A stretch of DNA of 32,000 nucleotides from Bifidobacterium longum subsp. longum JCM 1217 (GTDB taxonomy: Bacteria; Actinomycetota; Actinomycetes; Actinomycetales; Bifidobacteriaceae). The notes under the pieces were generated by a model that ran no database searches, was not told the origin of the DNA, and saw only the letters and a program-made list of their open reading frames with translations. The stretch is taken from the NCBI RefSeq assembly GCF_000196555.1, contig NC_015067.1, positions 1,200,001 through 1,232,000 of the forward strand, written 5' to 3'. The position numbers and the translations under genes were made by a program. Positions 30,738 to 32,000 of the stretch are shown here, in pieces (position 1 is the stretch's first letter; each line of letters opens with the position of its first letter).

Positions 30738-30845
30738 ATGAACGGCTTGAGACCATACGCGGTCCGGTTCACGGTGTCCGCCTCCCTGTGGATGACGACC
30801 ACCGGCGACGAGGTGTGTTTTAGCAAGTTGGCGTCCGCTTTGTGA
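30738..30845 (+). pseudogene. 5' fragment of a gene truncated by the IS21-family insertion
   Basis: ATG with the T of a GGCATAGCC box 12 nt upstream and no SD. Reads [26 protein letters not shown], then runs into IS-end sequence and stops after 35 codons. Confidence 0.5.
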
Positions 30846-30925
30846 GCGGTGTTTTTCCGCAGTGTAGGCAGCGGGTTTTCCGCAGGGTGTGCGGTATCGG
30901 CCGCTGCCTGTCTGCGTTGTGTTGG

Positions 30926-31711
30926 TTATTTGGTCATGAGGGCGTGTTCGCTTCGGTAGGAGCGGCCCTCGAATCTGATGAGCCGTCCGTGGTGGACGGT
31001 GCGGTCGATGAGGGCGGCGGCCATGTTCTTGTCGCCGAGCACGCGTCCCCATCCGCTGAATTCGATGTTGGTGGTGTAGATGATGCTCCTTGTCTCGTAG
31101 GAATCGGAAATGATCTGGAAGAGGAGCCTGCTGCCCTCCTCGTCTATGGGCAGGTAGCCGAACTCGTCGATGATGAGAAGTCGGGCCTTGCCGATGCTCG
31201 CGAGTTCCCGGTCGAGCCGGTTCTCCTGCTGGGCGCGGCGCAGACGCATGAGCAGTCCGGTCGCGGTGAAGAAGCGCACCGGGACGCCCCGCTCGCAGGC
31301 GAGCCGTCCGATCGCGATGGCCAGGTGGCTCTTGCCGGTGCCGACGGGCCCGTAGAGCACGAGGTCCTCGCATCCGGCGACGAAGTCGAGGTTCTCGAGC
31401 TGCGCGCGCCCCCAGTCGGCGGGCATCTTCAGGTTGGTCCAGTCATAGCCGTCGAGGGTCTTGTCGGCGGGGAAGCCGGCCTGTTTGAGCAGGCGCAGGC
31501 GTTTGGATCGCTCGCGCGAGTCGAGTTCGGCCGTGAACCATCGTTCGATGAAGTCGAGCTGGTTGGGCGTGGCCTCGGCGAGCGTGCCCGCGAGCACGCT
31601 GCGTGTCAGGGTCAGGCTGCGGCTCATCTTCAGGATCCTCTCGCTCTTCTCGGTCGTGGACGCGCGACGGCGGCGGGTCTCCGGGATCACCGGATCGGGT
31701 CTGACGCTCAC
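30926..31711 (-). CDS. istB: IS21-family helper ATPase IstB
   Basis: Walker A GPVGTGKSHLA, Walker B LLIIDEFGY, IYTTNIEFSGW and RTVHHGRLIRFEGRSYR. GTG start overlapping the istA stop, with an alternative ATG at 31627. Confidence 0.9.
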   Translation of the reverse strand: MSVRPDPVIPETRRRRASTTEKSERILKMSRSLTLTRSVLAGTLAEATPNQLDFIERWFTAELDSRERSKRLRLLKQAGFPADKTLDGYDWTNLKMPADWGRAQLENLDFVAGCEDLVLYGPVGTGKSHLAIAIGRLACERGVPVRFFTATGLLMRLRRAQQENRLDRELASIGKARLLIIDEFGYLPIDEEGSRLLFQIISDSYETRSIIYTTNIEFSGWGRVLGDKNMAAALIDRTVHHGRLIRFEGRSYRSEHALMTK

Positions 31712-32000
31712 CGTTCTTCCCCTCCGTCGTCCGTGCCGGTGATGAACCGGTCGTAGCCGCTCAGGTCGGGCTCCTCGATCCCGCCGGGGTATTCCCACTC
31801 GCCGTCGCGCATGCGCAACGCGATAGGGGTGAGCGAGTCCGCGTGCAGGCCCATGTCCCTGTTCGAGCGCAGGATCTCGCCGCACGCCTGCATCGCGGGA
31901 TCGAACCCGGCCGCCCGGCACGCGTCCCCGATCGCTTTGAGGCTCTCCCTCAACGTCTTTTCGTCCATGGAATCAAGCCACGCGCGTATATCGTCGGGCA
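31708..32000 (-). CDS. istA: IS21-family transposase IstA, C-terminal part only
   Basis: The reading frame is open to the window edge (PDDIRAWLDSMDEKTLRESLKAIG...). It lies immediately upstream of and overlaps istB. The call is by position. Confidence 0.6.
   Translation of the reverse strand, partial: PDDIRAWLDSMDEKTLRESLKAIGDACRAAGFDPAMQACGEILRSNRDMGLHADSLTPIALRMRDGEWEYPGGIEEPDLSGYDRFITGTDDGGEER

Larger units (their letters stand above)
30813..32000 (-). mobile_element. IS21-family insertion sequence (partial; istA-istB read on the minus strand and the element continues past the right edge)
   Basis: istA 3' end and istB joined by a GTGA overlap. Sub-terminal direct repeats gtttttccgcagtgt (30851-30865) and ggttttccgcagggtgt (30874-30890) are typical of multi-repeat IS21 ends. 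The exact terminus near tgtgttttagc (about 30813) is uncertain by about 20 bp. Confidence 0.75.

Noticed and set aside
29433-30826. Series of 60-190-aa ORFs on both strands through the tandem array ([12 protein letters not shown]..., MLWSRMRGTVYAF...)
   Set aside because: They repeat with the 458-bp period simply because the DNA repeats. Their sequences are Cys/His/Met/Tyr-rich translations of the ATGCAT iterons, and they have no SD or coding bias.

Overview
GC-rich, Actinomycetota-like segment that reads as part of a conjugative element (ICE or plasmid). Left end (1-6.3 kb): a Gram-positive-type T4SS module with a VirB6-like polytopic protein, two small membrane proteins, a TcpC-like protein and CHAP and NlpC/P60 wall hydrolases. 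These are arranged divergently around a 43-bp perfect palindrome. Middle (6.8-22.4 kb): a cargo or leading-region-like block. Six genes plus one stump share a ~40-aa N-terminal module (M-x-x-D-R-N-N-R-S-H-R-P-K-G-L-P-x-G-V-A-G-T-F-D ... D-D-V-x-P-P) fused to unrelated bodies, one of them Fic/Doc-like. Interspersed are a membrane-anchored DUF1524-type nuclease, an N-formylglutamate-amidohydrolase-family enzyme, an HExxH protein, and an EcoRI-like MTase / DUF262-HNH nuclease / EcoRI-like MTase module. Right end: an FtsK/SpoIIIE-type coupling ATPase whose P-loop is split by a 434-aa intein with class-3 hallmarks and a LAGLIDADG endonuclease. It is followed by a hypothetical / nucleotidyltransferase / SF2 helicase / 4x NUMOD1-like operon, then a 458-bp x ~2.7 tandem array carrying about 35 TGTATGCAT iterons in dyad-symmetric groups. 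An IS21-family element (istA/istB) truncates the gene downstream of that array. A CGCATAG-type box sits 11-12 nt upstream of many start codons that lack a Shine-Dalgarno (SD) sequence. I recognised no rRNA, tRNA or CRISPR. All family calls rest on motifs read by eye, and no database search was possible.
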